Assembly: GCF_006345805.1 (NCBI RefSeq)
Contig: NW_021836020.1
Location: 1-25,904, forward strand
DNA from: Octopus sinensis
Lineage: Eukaryota
Direction: 5' to 3'
Length of the DNA: 25,904 bases
Below, piece by piece: positions 24,311-25,904 of this stretch; position 1 is the first letter of the stretch; each line of letters begins with the position of its first letter. A program made the translations under genes and the position numbers. The notes under the pieces are model-generated. The model saw nothing but the letters and a program-made list of their open reading frames with translations. It was not told where the DNA came from and made no database searches.

Positions 24311-24574
24311 TATATACATATACATATACACATTGATTCATATAGACATAGGCGCATTAGGGATACAACATTTTTTTTCTCTTCAAAAGCAATTTCCTGT
24401 ACCATATTTAGATGAGCTTTTATGCATAACTAACCAAAGAGAACTCAATTTTGAGCTATCATTAAAAAGTTTCACCCTTGAATCCATGTTTGTACTCTTT
24501 TGCAAAACTTGTTTGAATATGGGCAAGGCTACATAGCACTCATGACTTTCAATAAACTCTTAGCATTTATAAGA

Positions 24575-24582
24575 CATCTCTC

Positions 24583-24674
<92 letters not shown>

Positions 24675-24692
24675 CTATCTATAGATAGATAG
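24575..24692. repeat. (ATCT)n with a short inverted (AGAT) end
   Basis: Direct reading. Confidence 0.93.
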
Positions 24693-24861
24693 TTTGAAAT
24701 GTGTATAGTAGACGTATGTATGTATGTATACATTCATATATGCATAAATATATTCAAATATATAAATTTACATCTAATATAGGATAAAATTTTCGAAAAA
24801 ATTTTATCAATGGCCAGCATATTAAAAAAAATACCTTTATAGGTTAAATTTATAAAACACC

Positions 24862-25017
24862 TATAAACAAGGGCCAAAAAAATTCAATGCCAAATATGCC
24901 GAAATAGACTTAATCGTCAATAACCATATAATTTATCACTATAAGCACGCGTCTTGAAAGCAGCCGGCTATTCGGCATATTTGGCATTGAAATTTTTTTC
25001 TTTTACCCTTGTTTATA
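24862..25017. repeat. Imperfect inverted repeat (~45-bp arms, ~60-bp spacer)
   Basis: TTCAATGCCAAATATGCCGAA 24883-24903 / 24971-24991 (21 bp perfect); TATAAACAAGGG 24862-24873 / 25006-25017. Confidence 0.85.
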
Positions 25018-25022
25018 CGTTG

Positions 25023-25085
<63 letters not shown>

Positions 25086-25255
25086 AATAAATTAAATTTA
25101 AAATGAGGGTGAGAAATAGATATTAATTTAATTAACATCGATTTCACACTAGTGGTCTAGCATATAAAAGAAATGAAGGTTCAGTAAAATATATATATAT
25201 TTTGTGTATGTATTATATATATATATATATATATATATACAAAACATAAACACAT

Positions 25256-25300
<45 letters not shown>

Positions 25301-25718
25301 CACACACAGACATGGATATATATGTACATATATACATATATACATACATACACATGTACACGCATATATCTGTATATATATTTGTCTGTGTATGTGTGTG
25401 TATGTGTGTGTATGTGTATAAATGCACGTATGTATATGTGTGCAAGCGTGTCGAAACTGTATGAATAATGCTTGCAATAATCAATGTATCATCGCTCATC
25501 ATCCTCATGTTATAACAACAAAAACAACAAAAACAACGACAACGGATGCTCCTAAGGCCAACCTGAGTAACTGAGGAGCATTACGTACAATACACGCGTG
25601 CAAACACTCATCGATGTATATATATATAATCGATATTCAATATGTGTACGCATCCATTTCGTACATAACACACGAACGCTTCATATGTACGGAGATCGAC
25701 CTCATACGTACATAGATG

Positions 25719-25765
25719 TACTATGGGGTTGCTGAAAAGTCCCTGGCTCTAAGGGTATTGCGAAA
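25719..25765 (+). mobile_element. Possible mariner-type TIR interrupted by SINE A
   Basis: TA-CTATGGGGTTGCTGAAAAGTCCCTGGC resembles the TACGAGGGGGTGCTGAAAAGTTCCTGG-type TIR (from recall). Confidence 0.35.
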
Positions 25766-25904
25766 GGCGGCGAGCTGGCAGAAACGTTAACACGTCGGGC
25801 GAAACGCTTAGCAGTATTTCGTCTGCCGTTACGTTCTGAGTTCAAATTCCGCCGAGGTCGACTTTGCCTTTCATCCTTTCGGGGTCGATAAATTAAGTAC
25901 CAGT
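25766..25904 (+). mobile_element. SINE A, runs off the window end
   Basis: Matches 4377-4515. Confidence 0.95.

Overview
AT-rich animal genomic DNA that is almost entirely repeats; it is most likely intronic or intergenic. The SINE families resemble those I recall from Octopus/coleoid cephalopod assemblies, which is an inference and was not checked against a database. There is no bacterial-type gene content, and nearly all long ORFs in the supplied track are microsatellite artefacts. The window holds very long simple repeats (including a ~2.75 kb (ATT)n array), about 15 copies or fragments of three tRNA-derived SINE families, two 3' fragments of R4/Dong-like RLE non-LTR retrotransposons next to (TAA)n tracts, a probable RTE 5' fragment and a decayed mariner transposase. 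Two weak candidate minus-strand exons may belong to a host gene. The most interesting signal is a set of type I hammerhead ribozyme motifs in several unrelated short elements, each sitting in (TA)n tracts. One has a fully canonical core (16354-16445, minus). One is a near-intact CCGA-core variant inside an inverted, circularly permuted duplication that implies a ~155-nt repeat unit (20537-20887). Three more are decayed or partial. This pattern suggests Penelope-like or retrozyme-type mobile RNAs.
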